From Candidatus Latescibacterota bacterium (GTDB taxonomy: Bacteria; Latescibacterota; UBA2968; UBA8231), in contig OZ220089.1 in the NCBI GenBank assembly GCA_964291625.2, positions 384,001 through 448,000 of the forward strand: DNA of 64,000 bases, read 5' to 3'. The notes under the pieces were generated by a model. The model searched no databases and was not told the origin of the DNA. It worked only from the letters and a program-made list of their open reading frames with translations. The stretch's first letter is position 1; each line of letters starts with the position of its first letter. The position numbers and the translations under genes were made by a program. Shown here one piece after another: positions 18,396-30,455 of this stretch.

Positions 18396-20524
18396 AGGAC
18401 GTGCTCGCGCAGCAGGCGCTCGTACACGGCGACGAAGTCGCCGCGGCCGTTGGAGCGGTTGTAGAAGTAGCAGAAGGGGTTCGGGTTGAGCTCCAGGATC
18501 CACCAGGCGCCGGCGTCGTCGCGGATCAGGTCGATGGCGTAGAAGCCGAGGTCGACGACACCGGCCACCTCCCCGGCCAGCCGGCGCAGCGGCGCCAGCA
18601 CCTCCTCGTCGTCGACCCGCTCGGCGCGGCCGCCGGGGTGGTGCAGCGGGTTGAGGTCCTCCCCGCCCGTCCCGTCGCTGGCCTTAGCATAGGCCAGCAG
18701 CACCTCGCCCCGGGCGGCCACGGCCCGGTACTCCTGGCCGCTGACGAAGGACTGCACGAGGACGAGGTTGTCGAGGGGCCCGGCGTTCTCGAAGAGCGAC
18801 TGGAGCCGCCGGGAGACGCCCCCGGCGTCCGTCTCCAGGTAGACCCCCTGGGAGCCCGAGCCCCGGGCCTTCTTGACGAGCACGGGCCAGCTCATCTCCG
18901 CCTCCACCTCGGCGACCATGTCCTCGACCGTCCGGTGCCTCTTGTAGCGGTTGAAGCGGTCGTCGGCGTAGGGGTTGAAGAACTGCATCGTGAAGGGCAC
19001 GGGCAGGCCGGCGCCGGCGAAGAGCTCGTGCTGGTAGCCCTTGTCCTCGGCCACGCGCGCCGCCGCGTAGTCGTTGAAGGGGTGCTTGTTGCGCAGGAAC
19101 AGGAACGGGCGGCGGCCCCCGTCGAGGCGCATGACGTTGCCGTCCGCCGAGACCGGCCGGATCCGCAGGCCCAGGCGCTCGCAGGCGAGGGCCAGGCACT
19201 CGAGGCTCTCGCGGGCCACCTCCTCGCCGATGCCCTCCGCCTCCAAGGGCAGGCCGAAGTGCTCCCGGGCCCGGGCCGCCATGTGCAGGGACCCGGTGAC
19301 GCAGACCCTTCCGGACTCGCCCGCCTCGCCCAGGGCCCTCTCGAAGGCCTTGCCGCAGGAGGGCTCGATCTCGGCGGCCACCTCCGGCGCGGCGGAAGAC
19401 GCCCGTGCGGCCAGGTCCCCCGCCGGCATCGCCTTGGCGTGTCCCGACTCGGTGAGCACGAACCGGCCCGCCACCGGCTTCAGTGCCCCGAGGACCGCGT
19501 CGGCGTCGTGGTCCTCGTTGACGCCGACGACGATGATCCAGTCCCGGCCGCCGCGGCCGAGGTCCCCGGCCAGGGCGGCGGCCGCGCCCGGGTTGTGGGC
19601 GCCGTCGAGGAGCACGCGCGGGTGCTCGCGGGCGCGCTCGAAGCGTCCCGGCCACTGGTGGGAGGCCAGCACCTGCCGGGCCCGTTCCGCTTGCAGGTCG
19701 GGGCAGACCCGGGCGGCGGCGGCCACGGCGAGGCGGGCGTTGTCCACCCAGGTCCCGGGCCTCGAGTCGGAGGCCTCGGGCGCCGCCAGGTAGGGGACCG
19801 CCTCACCCTCCCCGAAGCGCAGTCCCCGGTCGCCGCAGAGAACCAGGGGAATGCCCTTCTCCCGCGCCCGGCGGCGGACGAGGTCCAGGACCTCGGGATC
19901 CTGCGCGGCCGTGGTGAACAGGGGCCGGCCGGGGCGCGCCACGGGCAGCTTCTCGCCGGCGATGGAGACCGGGTCGTGTCCGAGGACGGCACAGTGGTCG
20001 AGGGCGACCGGCGTCAGGATAGCGAGGTCGTGGTCCCAGGCGTTGGTGGCGTCGTGGCGGCCCCCGAGACCGACCTCGAAGACGGCTGCTTCCACCCCCT
20101 CGGAGGCGAAGAGGTGGGCGGCGAGAACGGTGAGCGCCTCGAAGCGCGAGAACCCGCCCAGTCCCTCTCCCTCGAAGCCGCGGGTGGCGTCGTGCAGAAA
20201 GGTGATCCCCTCGGCCCAGCGGTCCTTGTCGAGGAGGCCGCCGTCGACCTGGATGCGCTCGCGCTGGCTGTGCAGATGGGGGGAGGTGTAGAGCCCGGTG
20301 CGGCGGCCGGAGGCCTGGAGCAGGGCCGCCAGCAGGCTGGCCACCGTGCCCTTGCCGTTGGTGCCGGCGACGATGACGCTGCCGAAGCGCTGCTGCGGGT
20401 CGCCGCACCGCCGCAGCAGGGCGCGCACCCGGGGCAGGTAGTGCTCGAGAGGCCCCTCCGGCGGCCGTCCCCGCTCCCAGTCGGGCAGGGTGTCCAGAAA
20501 CCTCTTCGACCTGGAGTAGTCCAC
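18392..20524 (-). CDS. folC: FolC (folylpolyglutamate/dihydrofolate synthase) fused to a C-terminal ATP-grasp domain
   Basis: N-terminal about 430 aa: GTNGKG, TSPHL, EVGLGGRHDATN, WPGRFE, LDGAHN, TGSL. C-terminal about 280 aa: DK...GLPVP, PVLVKKARGSGSQGV, QSFVSGQEYR, AIDL, ILELNPNP. Confidence 0.85.
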   Translation of the reverse strand: MDYSRSKRFLDTLPDWERGRPPEGPLEHYLPRVRALLRRCGDPQQRFGSVIVAGTNGKGTVASLLAALLQASGRRTGLYTSPHLHSQRERIQVDGGLLDKDRWAEGITFLHDATRGFEGEGLGGFSRFEALTVLAAHLFASEGVEAAVFEVGLGGRHDATNAWDHDLAILTPVALDHCAVLGHDPVSIAGEKLPVARPGRPLFTTAAQDPEVLDLVRRRAREKGIPLVLCGDRGLRFGEGEAVPYLAAPEASDSRPGTWVDNARLAVAAAARVCPDLQAERARQVLASHQWPGRFERAREHPRVLLDGAHNPGAAAALAGDLGRGGRDWIIVVGVNEDHDADAVLGALKPVAGRFVLTESGHAKAMPAGDLAARASSAAPEVAAEIEPSCGKAFERALGEAGESGRVCVTGSLHMAARAREHFGLPLEAEGIGEEVARESLECLALACERLGLRIRPVSADGNVMRLDGGRRPFLFLRNKHPFNDYAAARVAEDKGYQHELFAGAGLPVPFTMQFFNPYADDRFNRYKRHRTVEDMVAEVEAEMSWPVLVKKARGSGSQGVYLETDAGGVSRRLQSLFENAGPLDNLVLVQSFVSGQEYRAVAARGEVLLAYAKASDGTGGEDLNPLHHPGGRAERVDDEEVLAPLRRLAGEVAGVVDLGFYAIDLIRDDAGAWWILELNPNPFCYFYNRSNGRGDFVAVYERLLREHVL

Positions 20525-20566
20525 GACTCCCGATCCCGTGCCCGGCCGGCGGCGCCGCGAGGGCGG

Positions 20567-21624
20567 TCAGCCGCCGCGGGTGTGCATCTCGCGGTGAGGG
20601 TCCTGGCGCAGCTCGTCGATCTGGTAGAGGGCCCCCCGCACCGGCGCGCGGACGCGCTTCTCGGCGCCGCGGTCCCGCCGCCGGGACCAGCCCTCGGCGA
20701 TCCGTTGCGACAGCTCTTCGGCCGGGATCCCGCGGCGCACGGGCTCGCGCAGGTCGATGCCGTCGCGGGCGTAGAGGCACAGGTACCAGAGCCCGTCCGC
20801 CGTCAGCCGGCTGCGGTCGCAGCTGCCGCAGAAGGGGCTCGTCGTCGAGGAGATGATGCCGAAGCGCTCCCCCGACGGCAGGCGGAACCTCTCCGCCGGG
20901 GCGTTGCCCCTCCCCCCTCCGCCTCGGCCGGTCCGTAGTGGCCCTGCAGCCGCGCGAGGATCTCCTCCCGGGAGTAGACCCGCTCCGGCTGCCACAGGGT
21001 GGCGCCGCCCACGTCCATGTACTCGATGAAGCGGACCTCGGCGCCGACGCGGCGGCCGAAGGCGACGAGGTCGACGATCTCGTCGTCGTTGAAGTCGCGC
21101 ATGACCACAGTGTTGATCTTGAGGGACTCGAAGCCGGCCTCGGCGGAGGCCTCGATGCCGGCGAGCACGTCGTCGAGAGCGGCCCTCCGGGTGAGGGTCT
21201 CGAAGCGGGCCGGCTTGAGGGAGTCGAGGCTGACCGTGACCCGTCGCAGCCCGGCCTCGCGCAGGGCCCGCGCGTGCCGGGCCAGCTGGGTGGCGTTGGT
21301 GGTGAGGGCGATATCGTCCAGACCGCGCTCGTCGAGGCCGGCGATCAGGTCGGGGAGGCGGGCCCGCAGCAGCGGCTCGCCGCCGGTGAGGCGGATCCGC
21401 CGCACGCCGTTGGCGGCGAAGGCGTCCACCAGGACCAGGATCTCGTCGAAGGTCAGGATGTCCGCCTTGGGCAGCCAGGCGTAGTCCTCTTCGGGCATGC
21501 AGTAGGCGCAGCGCAGGTCGCAGCGGTCGATGACCGAGATCCGCAACGACTGCAGGGGCCGGCCGTAGACGTCGGCCGCGGCCTCGCGCACGGTGCCCGG
21601 AAGGCTGGGAGAGGGGGCGGTCAC
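20567..21624 (-). pseudogene. moaA: GTP 3',8-cyclase MoaA, frameshifted at a G6 run near 20912-20917 (probably a sequencing error)
   Basis: One frame has CDLRCAYC and RLTGGEPLLR; another frame has FCGSCDRSRLTADG...LCL and the MHTRGG C-terminus. One extra G joins them. Confidence 0.88.
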
Positions 21625-21634
21625 AAGGCTGCAG

Positions 21635-21757
21635 AACATACGGGCGGGGCCTGGGGCCCGCAATCACCCGAAGGTTGGAAGTCCAATCCCATCAGTCAGT
21701 TACGCTCACTCGGCAGGCGCCCGCCGCCTTGATCTTCCGTCGTCTCCGGGGTAACTT
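21635..21757. promoter_or_regulatory. divergent promoters for the moaA operon and coxD
   Basis: Minus: TTGCGG-17-TATGTT, 10 nt before GTG 21624. Plus: TTGATC (21729)-17-TAACTT, 7 nt before ATG 21765. Confidence 0.55.
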
Positions 21758-21764
21758 GGCCCCC

Positions 21765-22691
21765 ATGCCGAGCCCGGAGACCGAAGGCCTGCAGCGCCAG
21801 CTGTCTGACCGCGGATACATCGCCGGCGACGACATCTGCCTCTCCCTGCACCTGGCGCGGGAGCTGGGCAAGCCGCTGCTGGTGGAGGGACCCGCGGGGG
21901 TGGGCAAGACCGAGATCGCCAAGGTCCTGGCCGACCTCCTCGGCACCGACCTGATCCGCCTCCAGTGCTACGAGGGCCTCGACACGAGCACCGCCCTCTA
22001 CGAGTGGAACTACCAGCGCCAGCTGCTGCAGATCCGCATGGAGGAGCAGGGCGAGCGCTCCCTCGAGCAGCGCGAGGCCCACATCTTCTCCGAGCCCTTC
22101 CTCCTCAAGCGCCCCCTGCTGCAGGCGATCACCCACCACCGGCCCCCGGTGCTGCTCATCGACGAGCTGGACCGGGCCGACGAGGAGTTCGAGAGCTTCC
22201 TCCTCGAGCTGCTCTCCGACTGGCAGATCTCGATCCCGGAGCTGGGCACGATCCGGGCCACCCACGTGCCCCACGTGGTGGTCACCGGCAACCGCACCCG
22301 CGAGCTCTCCGACGCCCTGCGCCGGCGCTGCTTCTACCTGTGGATCGACTACCCCGACTTCGACAAGGAGCTGGCCATCGTGCGCGCCCGCGTCGACGGC
22401 ATCGACGCCGAGCTGGCCGGGCAGATCTGCCGCTTCATGGCCGGGGCCCGCCGCCAGCAGCTGGAGAAGCCCCCCGGCGTGGCCGAGACCCTCGACTGGG
22501 CCCGGGCCCTCGTGGCCCTGCACCGCCGCCACCTCGACGCCGCCACCATCGAGGAAACCCTCGGCCTCGTCTTCAAGGACTACCACGACGTGACCCACGT
22601 GAAGCAGTCCCTCGCCGAGTTCCTCGACAGCGTGGGGGTCCGCCCGGCCGCACCTCCCGGGGGCGCGGCCCCCGATGCCGCCGGCTCCTGA
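21765..22691 (+). CDS. coxD: MoxR-family AAA+ ATPase (CoxD-like)
   Basis: EGPAGVGKT, RLQCYEGLD, LYEWNY, LLIDELD and DALRRRC motifs; cox context. Confidence 0.88.
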   Translation: MPSPETEGLQRQLSDRGYIAGDDICLSLHLARELGKPLLVEGPAGVGKTEIAKVLADLLGTDLIRLQCYEGLDTSTALYEWNYQRQLLQIRMEEQGERSLEQREAHIFSEPFLLKRPLLQAITHHRPPVLLIDELDRADEEFESFLLELLSDWQISIPELGTIRATHVPHVVVTGNRTRELSDALRRRCFYLWIDYPDFDKELAIVRARVDGIDAELAGQICRFMAGARRQQLEKPPGVAETLDWARALVALHRRHLDAATIEETLGLVFKDYHDVTHVKQSLAEFLDSVGVRPAAPPGGAAPDAAGS

Positions 22692-24021
22692 GCCGCCGCC
22701 CCGGGGCTCCTTCCCCGACGACCTCGCCCTCCACGGCGCCCTGAGCGCCAACGTCGTCGGCTTCTGCCGGCACCTGAGGGACCGCGGCCTCGGGCTGGGT
22801 CCGGCCGAGGCCGCCGACGCCCTCGCCGCCCTGGGACTCGTCGACGTGGGCCGCGAGAGCCGGTTCCGCCTCGCCCTGCGCACCTGCCTGGCCAAGAGCG
22901 TCAAGGAGCAGCAGCTCTTCGACGACTGCTTCGACCGCTACTGGCGGGTCTGGGACCGGGCCGGGGAGCTGAATCGGCCGGCGCCCGACCCCGAGGCCGG
23001 GAGCCCGGACCGGGACCGCGCGCAGCCGGTGCAGATGAGCCTGAGGGAGTGGCTGAACGCCGGCGAGGGCGGGGAGGCGGAGGAGCAGGAGGAGACGGCG
23101 GGCTACAGCGCCGGCGAGGTGGTCACCCACCGCGACTTCGCCGGCCTGCGGCCCGACGAGCTGGAGGAGATGGGCCGCGTCGTGGAGGAGCTGGCCCGGG
23201 CCCTGGCGCGGCGGCTCAGCCGCCGCTACCGGCAGCTCGGCGGCCGGGGGCGCCTCGACCTGCGCCGCACCCTGCGGGCCAACCTGCGCCGCGGCGGCGA
23301 GCTGGTCGACCTGGCCTTCCGCTCGCGGCGGCCGCAGAAGCTCAAGCTGGTGGTCCTGTGCGACGTGAGCCGCTCCATGGACCTCTACAGCCGCTTCCTG
23401 CTGCAGTTCCTCTACGCCTTCGCCGCCGCCTACCGGCGCCTGGAGGTCTTCGGCTTCAGCACCAGCCTGCGGCGCCTGACGCCGGCCCTGCGCGAGGGCG
23501 AGTGGGACCGCGTCCTGCGGGGGTTGTCCCGGGAGATGCCGGAGTGGTCGGGCGGCACCCGCATCGGCGCCTGCTTCGCGCGCTTCGCCGAGGACTGGTC
23601 CGAGAGCCTGGTGGACCGGCGCACGGCCGTCATCGTCCTCAGCGACGGCTGGGACACGGGCGAGGCCGAGCTGCTGTCGTCGTCCCTGTCCCGCATCCGC
23701 CGCCGCGCCTTCGCCGTGCTGTGGCTGAATCCGCTGATGGGGAGCCCGGGCTTCCGCCCCGAGACGGCGGGTCTGCTGGCGGCCCTGCCCCACCTGGACC
23801 TCCTCGCCCCGGCCCACAACGCCGCGGCCCTGCGGGACCTCGCCCGCGGCTTGGGCCGGCTGGAGCGCGGGGGGGCCAGGCGCGGGCCCTGGGCGGGCCG
23901 ATCCCCGGAGGAGGAGGCGGATCCCGATCCCCCGCCCCCGGTGCCGGACCCGGACGCCCCGAGCTCGGCGAGGAACCTGCGGGCCCTCGCCGAGGAGCGC
24001 GCTTCCCGAAAGAGGCTTTGA
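22675..24021 (+). CDS. coxE: VWA domain protein (CoxE-like)
   Basis: DVSRSM MIDAS motif, WSGGTRIG, SDGWD and WLNPL; follows coxD. Confidence 0.88.
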   Translation: MPPAPEPPPRGSFPDDLALHGALSANVVGFCRHLRDRGLGLGPAEAADALAALGLVDVGRESRFRLALRTCLAKSVKEQQLFDDCFDRYWRVWDRAGELNRPAPDPEAGSPDRDRAQPVQMSLREWLNAGEGGEAEEQEETAGYSAGEVVTHRDFAGLRPDELEEMGRVVEELARALARRLSRRYRQLGGRGRLDLRRTLRANLRRGGELVDLAFRSRRPQKLKLVVLCDVSRSMDLYSRFLLQFLYAFAAAYRRLEVFGFSTSLRRLTPALREGEWDRVLRGLSREMPEWSGGTRIGACFARFAEDWSESLVDRRTAVIVLSDGWDTGEAELLSSSLSRIRRRAFAVLWLNPLMGSPGFRPETAGLLAALPHLDLLAPAHNAAALRDLARGLGRLERGGARRGPWAGRSPEEEADPDPPPPVPDPDAPSSARNLRALAEERASRKRL

Positions 24022-24046
24022 GACCGGCGCCGGGGCCGGAGAAGAC

Positions 24047-24402
24047 GTGCCGCCCGAAGGTACCGAGGCAGCCAGGGCCCCGAATCGGGAACCCTGCGCG
24101 CTCCCGAGGAACGGCGGGCCACCCGAGAGCGACTGACACGGAGACAGGTCAGGCCCCGGATCGGGGGCCTGCGCGCTCCCGAGGAAAGAGCGTGCCGCCC
24201 GACGTAGGTCCTGCACCTCCCCGGCGTCAGGCCGCGAGCCGGGAGGACCCGCGCGCTCCCTTCGAAGAAGCGTGGCCGCCGAAGACCTGTCCGCCCCCGA
24301 CGAGAGAGCTTGCCGCCCGACGAAGATCCCGCACCTCCCCGGGGTCAGGCCGCGAGCCGGGAGGGCCCGCGCGCTCCCTTCGAAGAAGCGTGGCCGCCGA
24401 AG
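24047..24402. repeat. degenerate tandem repeat region between convergent genes
   Basis: 97-bp direct repeat 24188-24284 / 24306-24402 (about 6 mismatches); core GCGCGCTCCC at 24096, 24171, 24251 and 24369. Confidence 0.85.
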
Positions 24403-24427
24403 GCCCGGGCCTCCCCGGCGGCGGGCG

Positions 24428-25030
24428 TCAGTCCGCGCCAGCCGCCGCGCGGTACTGGGCCTCGGTGTCCACGTCGGCGAGCACTCCGGGGTCGTCGACG
24501 GCTACCTCGACCACCCGGCCCGCGTAACGGGCGAACAGGCCGCGGGCTCCGACATCCCCGGACAGACCGAGCAGTTCCTCACGGTAGGCCCGCCCGAAGA
24601 GGACGGGATGGCCGCGGCGGCCGGCGTGGACCGGCAGTGCGATCGCGGGGGGCTCGGCAGCCTCGAAGGCGCGGCACAGGAGCGACACGGTGGCGGCCGT
24701 GACGGCGGGCATGTCCCCCAGGGCGATCAGGTAGCCGTCGGCCCCGGCCGGGGCGGCGCGGACTCCCACCGCCAGAGAGATGGACATGCCGGCGGCGTAG
24801 TCGGGGTTCAGGACGGTCTCGACGCCGCGGTCCCCGAGGGCGGCGCCGACGGCGCGGGCGCGGTGGCCGAGGACGGCGACGATCCGCCCCAGGCCCGCGG
24901 CCTTCAGGGCATCGGCCACGGCCGCCACCATGGGGACTCCCTTCGGCCCCCAGGGCAGCAGCAGCTTGGTGTCGCCGGCTCCGCCGTACCGGGAAGAACG
25001 GCCGGCGGCCAGCAGCACCGCGGCGATCAC
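24428..25030 (-). CDS. mocA: molybdenum cofactor cytidylyltransferase (MocA-like nucleotidyltransferase)
   Basis: LLAAGRSSRYG, NPDYAAGMSIS, LGDMP, GHPVLF, GDVGAR and DVDT motifs. Confidence 0.85.
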   Translation of the reverse strand: MIAAVLLAAGRSSRYGGAGDTKLLLPWGPKGVPMVAAVADALKAAGLGRIVAVLGHRARAVGAALGDRGVETVLNPDYAAGMSISLAVGVRAAPAGADGYLIALGDMPAVTAATVSLLCRAFEAAEPPAIALPVHAGRRGHPVLFGRAYREELLGLSGDVGARGLFARYAGRVVEVAVDDPGVLADVDTEAQYRAAAGAD

Positions 25031-26067
25031 GGGGCGCCGCGGCGGACGGCCACCACCTCGGCGAGGATGCTCAGGGCGATCTCCTCGGGGCTCTCGGCGC
25101 CGATGTCGAGCCCGACGGGTCCGTGGATGCGGCCGATCTCCCCCTCGTCGAAGCCGGCCTCGCGCAGCCGCTCGACCCGCCTGGCGTGGGAGCGGCGGCT
25201 GCCGAGGGCGCCGATGTACGCCGCCGGAGACCGCAGCAGGTGGTGGAGGGCCTCGTCGTCGATCTTGGGGTCGTGGGTCAGCAGCACGGCGAAAGTGCTC
25301 TCGTCGACGGACCAGTCCTCGAAGAAGGGGGCCGGCCAGATGTGCTCCAGCCTCGCCGGCGCCTCGGGGAAGCGCTCGGGGCGGGCGAAGACCTCCCGCG
25401 GATCGATGACGACGGTCTCCAGGTCGAGGACCTTCGCCAGGCGCACCAGGGGGATGCAGATGTGGCTGGCGCCGACGACGAGCAGGCGGTCCTGCCGCGG
25501 GAAGACCTGCACGAAGACCGCCTCCGAACCGATCTCGACGACGGCGCTCTGCCGTTCCGAGAAGGCCGACGCCGACGCCTCGAGGGCCGCCGCCGAGGCC
25601 GCCCCCCAGTCGCCGGCGGCGACCTCCCCGGCCTCTGGATCGACCAGCAGGTGGGACTCCCCCGCGGCCAGCCGCGTCAGCAGCACCGCCGGCCGGTTGG
25701 CCTCCAGGCGGGCGCGCAGGGCCTCCCACACGCCGGCACCGCCGCCCCCCGCCTGCCCGGGGTGCGGCTCCACGAAGACCGAGACCTGCCCCCCGCAGGT
25801 GAGGCCCACGGACCAGGCGGTCTCGTCGCTGACCCCGTAGTGCAGGCGGCGGGGCCTGCCGTCCTCCAGGACCTGCCGGGCCTCGGTGATCACGTCGCCC
25901 TCGATGCAGCCGCCGCTCACCGAGCCGGCCACCTCCATCCGGCGGCCGACGATCATGGCGGCGCCCACCGGCCGCGGAGAGGATCCCCAGGTCTCGATGA
26001 CGCGGGCCAGGGCAAAGGGGCGGCCCCGCCCCTCCCAGGACCGGATGTCGTTCCAGATTTCTCTCAT
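25027..26067 (-). CDS. XdhC/CoxF/CoxI family molybdoenzyme maturation factor
   Basis: WGSSPRPVGA, GSVSGGCIE, GLTCGG, LTHDPKID, YIGALGSR and PVGLDIGA motifs. Confidence 0.92.
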   Translation of the reverse strand: MREIWNDIRSWEGRGRPFALARVIETWGSSPRPVGAAMIVGRRMEVAGSVSGGCIEGDVITEARQVLEDGRPRRLHYGVSDETAWSVGLTCGGQVSVFVEPHPGQAGGGGAGVWEALRARLEANRPAVLLTRLAAGESHLLVDPEAGEVAAGDWGAASAAALEASASAFSERQSAVVEIGSEAVFVQVFPRQDRLLVVGASHICIPLVRLAKVLDLETVVIDPREVFARPERFPEAPARLEHIWPAPFFEDWSVDESTFAVLLTHDPKIDDEALHHLLRSPAAYIGALGSRRSHARRVERLREAGFDEGEIGRIHGPVGLDIGAESPEEIALSILAEVVAVRRGAP

Positions 26068-26086
26068 GTCGTTCCCGCGAAGCTGA

Positions 26087-26115
26087 TTGACGGAGGTCCA
26101 AAGCCAATATATAGT
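26087..26115 (+). promoter_or_regulatory. sigma70 promoter of coxGSLM
   Basis: TTGACG-17bp-TATAGT. Confidence 0.65.
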
Positions 26116-26151
26116 GCGCCCTCCGATCACCGACACCGGGCCGAGCCGACC

Positions 26152-26583
26152 TTGCACCTCGAAGGAACCCACAAGTTCTCCGCCCCGCCGGAGCGGATCT
26201 GGACCCTCCTCAACGACCCCGACGTGCTCGCCCGCACGACTCCCGGGCTCAGCTCGCTGGAGCCCGACGGCGACGACGTGTACAAGGCGCGGTTCCGGAT
26301 CAAGCTCGGTCCCGTCAACGGCGGGTTCGACGGATCCCTCGCCGTCCTCGACAAGGATCCGCCCCGGGGCTACCGCCTCGAGATCGACGTCGGCGGGCGC
26401 CTGGGGACGACCCGGGCGGAAGGCACCTTCGAGATCCGCGGCGAGGACGAAGGCTCGGTCGTGGCCTTCGCCGGAGATGCCCGCCTCAAGGGCGTGCTGG
26501 CCCGCATGGGCGGCCGCGTGCTGACCGGCGTCGCCCGGCAGTTCACCCGACAGTTCTTCGAAGCGCTGGAAAAGGAAGTGTGA
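26152..26583 (+). CDS. coxG: CoxG (SRPBCC) family protein
   Basis: [29 protein letters not shown] and GVLARMGGR motifs; TTG start inferred. Confidence 0.85.
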   Translation: MHLEGTHKFSAPPERIWTLLNDPDVLARTTPGLSSLEPDGDDVYKARFRIKLGPVNGGFDGSLAVLDKDPPRGYRLEIDVGGRLGTTRAEGTFEIRGEDEGSVVAFAGDARLKGVLARMGGRVLTGVARQFTRQFFEALEKEV

Positions 26584-26635
26584 TGGCCCGTCGACGACGC
26601 GCCATCTCCTCTCCCCCTCCAAGGAGGTAGCGATC

Positions 26636-27100
26636 ATGACGGTTGCGATCCGGGTCACCGTGAACGGGGTGGCCCACGAGCACGAAGTCGAGCCGCGGCT
26701 CCTGCTCGTCGACTACCTGCGCGAGGTGCTGCGCCTGACCGGCACCCACGTGGGCTGCGACACGAGCAACTGCGGCGCCTGCACGGTGGTCCTCGGCGGG
26801 CGCGCCGTGAAGTCATGCACCCTGCTGGCGGTGCAGGCCGACGGCGGCGAGGTCACCACCGTCGAAGGCCTGGCCGCCAACGGCGAGCTGCACCCGATCC
26901 AGGCCGGATTCAACGAGATGCACGGCCTGCAGTGCGGGTTCTGCACGCCGGGCATGATCATGACCGCCTGGCAGATCCTCGAGCGCAACCCGGACCCGAC
27001 GGACGACGAGATCCGCCACGGCCTCGAGGGCAACTACTGCCGCTGCACCGGCTACGACAACATCGTCAAGTCGATCCGCCACGCCGCGGACAACCTGTGA
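26636..27100 (+). CDS. coxS: [2Fe-2S] subunit of a CODH/xanthine dehydrogenase-family enzyme
   Basis: [18 protein letters not shown] and CRCTGY motifs; AAGGAGG RBS. Confidence 0.93.
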   Translation: MTVAIRVTVNGVAHEHEVEPRLLLVDYLREVLRLTGTHVGCDTSNCGACTVVLGGRAVKSCTLLAVQADGGEVTTVEGLAANGELHPIQAGFNEMHGLQCGFCTPGMIMTAWQILERNPDPTDDEIRHGLEGNYCRCTGYDNIVKSIRHAADNL

Positions 27101-27111
27101 CGGAGGAAACC

Positions 27112-29490
<2,379 letters not shown>

Positions 29491-29503
29491 GGAGGAGGGA
29501 GAG

Positions 29504-30364
29504 ATGATTCCTTCGAGCTTCGAGTACCATCGTCCCGCCTCCCTGGACGAGGCGGTGAGCCTGCTGCAGGAGCACGGGGAGGACGCCAGCCTGCTGGCCG
29601 GCGGCCACAGCCTGCTGCCGGCGATGAAGCTGCGCCTGTCGGCGCCGGAACACGTGGTCGACATCGGCCGCATCGACGAGCTGCGCGAGATCCGCTCCGA
29701 GGGGGGCGGCGTCGTCATCGGCGCCGGCGCCACCCACCACGACGTGGAGTCCTCCAGCGCCGTCGCCGCCGGCGCCCCGCTGCTGGCCCAGGCGGCCGCC
29801 GTCATCGGCGACGTGCAGGTGCGCAACGCCGGCACCATCGGCGGCAGCCTGGCCCACGCCGACCCCGCCGCCGACTACCCGGCGGCGGTGCTCGCCTCCG
29901 AGGGCTCGGTGGAGGTCGTCGGTCCCGACGGGGCCCGCTCCATCGCCGCCGCCGACTTCTTCGTCGAGCTCTTCGCCACCGCCCTGCAGCCGGGCGAGAT
30001 CGTCACCGCCGTGCGGGTGCCCGCCCCGGGCGCCGGCACGGGCGTCTCGTACCTGAAGTTCCCGCACCCGGCGTCGCGCTTCGCCGTCTGCGGCTGCGCC
30101 GCCGCGGTCACCGTCAGCGGCGGCGCCTGCGGCAGCGCCCGCGTCGCCTTCAACGGCATCGCCAGCGCCGCCTTCCGCGACGCCGGCGTCGAGGCCGCCC
30201 TCGCCGGAGCCTCCCTCGACGAGGAGTCGGTCAAGGCCGCCGTGGCCGGGGCCGCCGAGGGCCAGGAGCTGCTGGCCGACAGCTTCGCCGGCGAGGACTA
30301 CCGCCGGCAGCTGGCCCGGGTCTACGCCCGCCGGGCGGTGCTGGCGGCGGCCGCCGCGGCCTGA
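29504..30364 (+). CDS. coxM: FAD-binding subunit, CoxM-like
   Basis: LAGGHSLLPAMKLR and QVRNAGTIGGSLAHADPAAD motifs. Confidence 0.92.
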   Translation: MIPSSFEYHRPASLDEAVSLLQEHGEDASLLAGGHSLLPAMKLRLSAPEHVVDIGRIDELREIRSEGGGVVIGAGATHHDVESSSAVAAGAPLLAQAAAVIGDVQVRNAGTIGGSLAHADPAADYPAAVLASEGSVEVVGPDGARSIAAADFFVELFATALQPGEIVTAVRVPAPGAGTGVSYLKFPHPASRFAVCGCAAAVTVSGGACGSARVAFNGIASAAFRDAGVEAALAGASLDEESVKAAVAGAAEGQELLADSFAGEDYRRQLARVYARRAVLAAAAAA

Positions 30365-30400
30365 GAAGTCACCGGCTCGGCGCACGCCGGGCCCTTCACG

Positions 30401-30433
30401 GAGGGGCGGGCCACGGTCCGCCCCTCTTTTCTT
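30401..30433 (+). terminator. rho-independent terminator after coxM
   Basis: GAGGGGCGGGC-cacg-GTCCGCCCCTC stem followed by TTTTCTT. Confidence 0.8.
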
Positions 30434-30455
30434 GTCCGCCTCAGGGGGCCCTCCC

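Noticed and set aside
18392-20524. cyanophycin synthetase
   Set aside because: The domain order is reversed, FolC-specific motifs are present, and there is no cyanophycinase nearby.
24047-24402. CRISPR array
   Set aside because: The repeats are degenerate, the periods are irregular, the spacers resemble each other, and there are no cas genes in the window.
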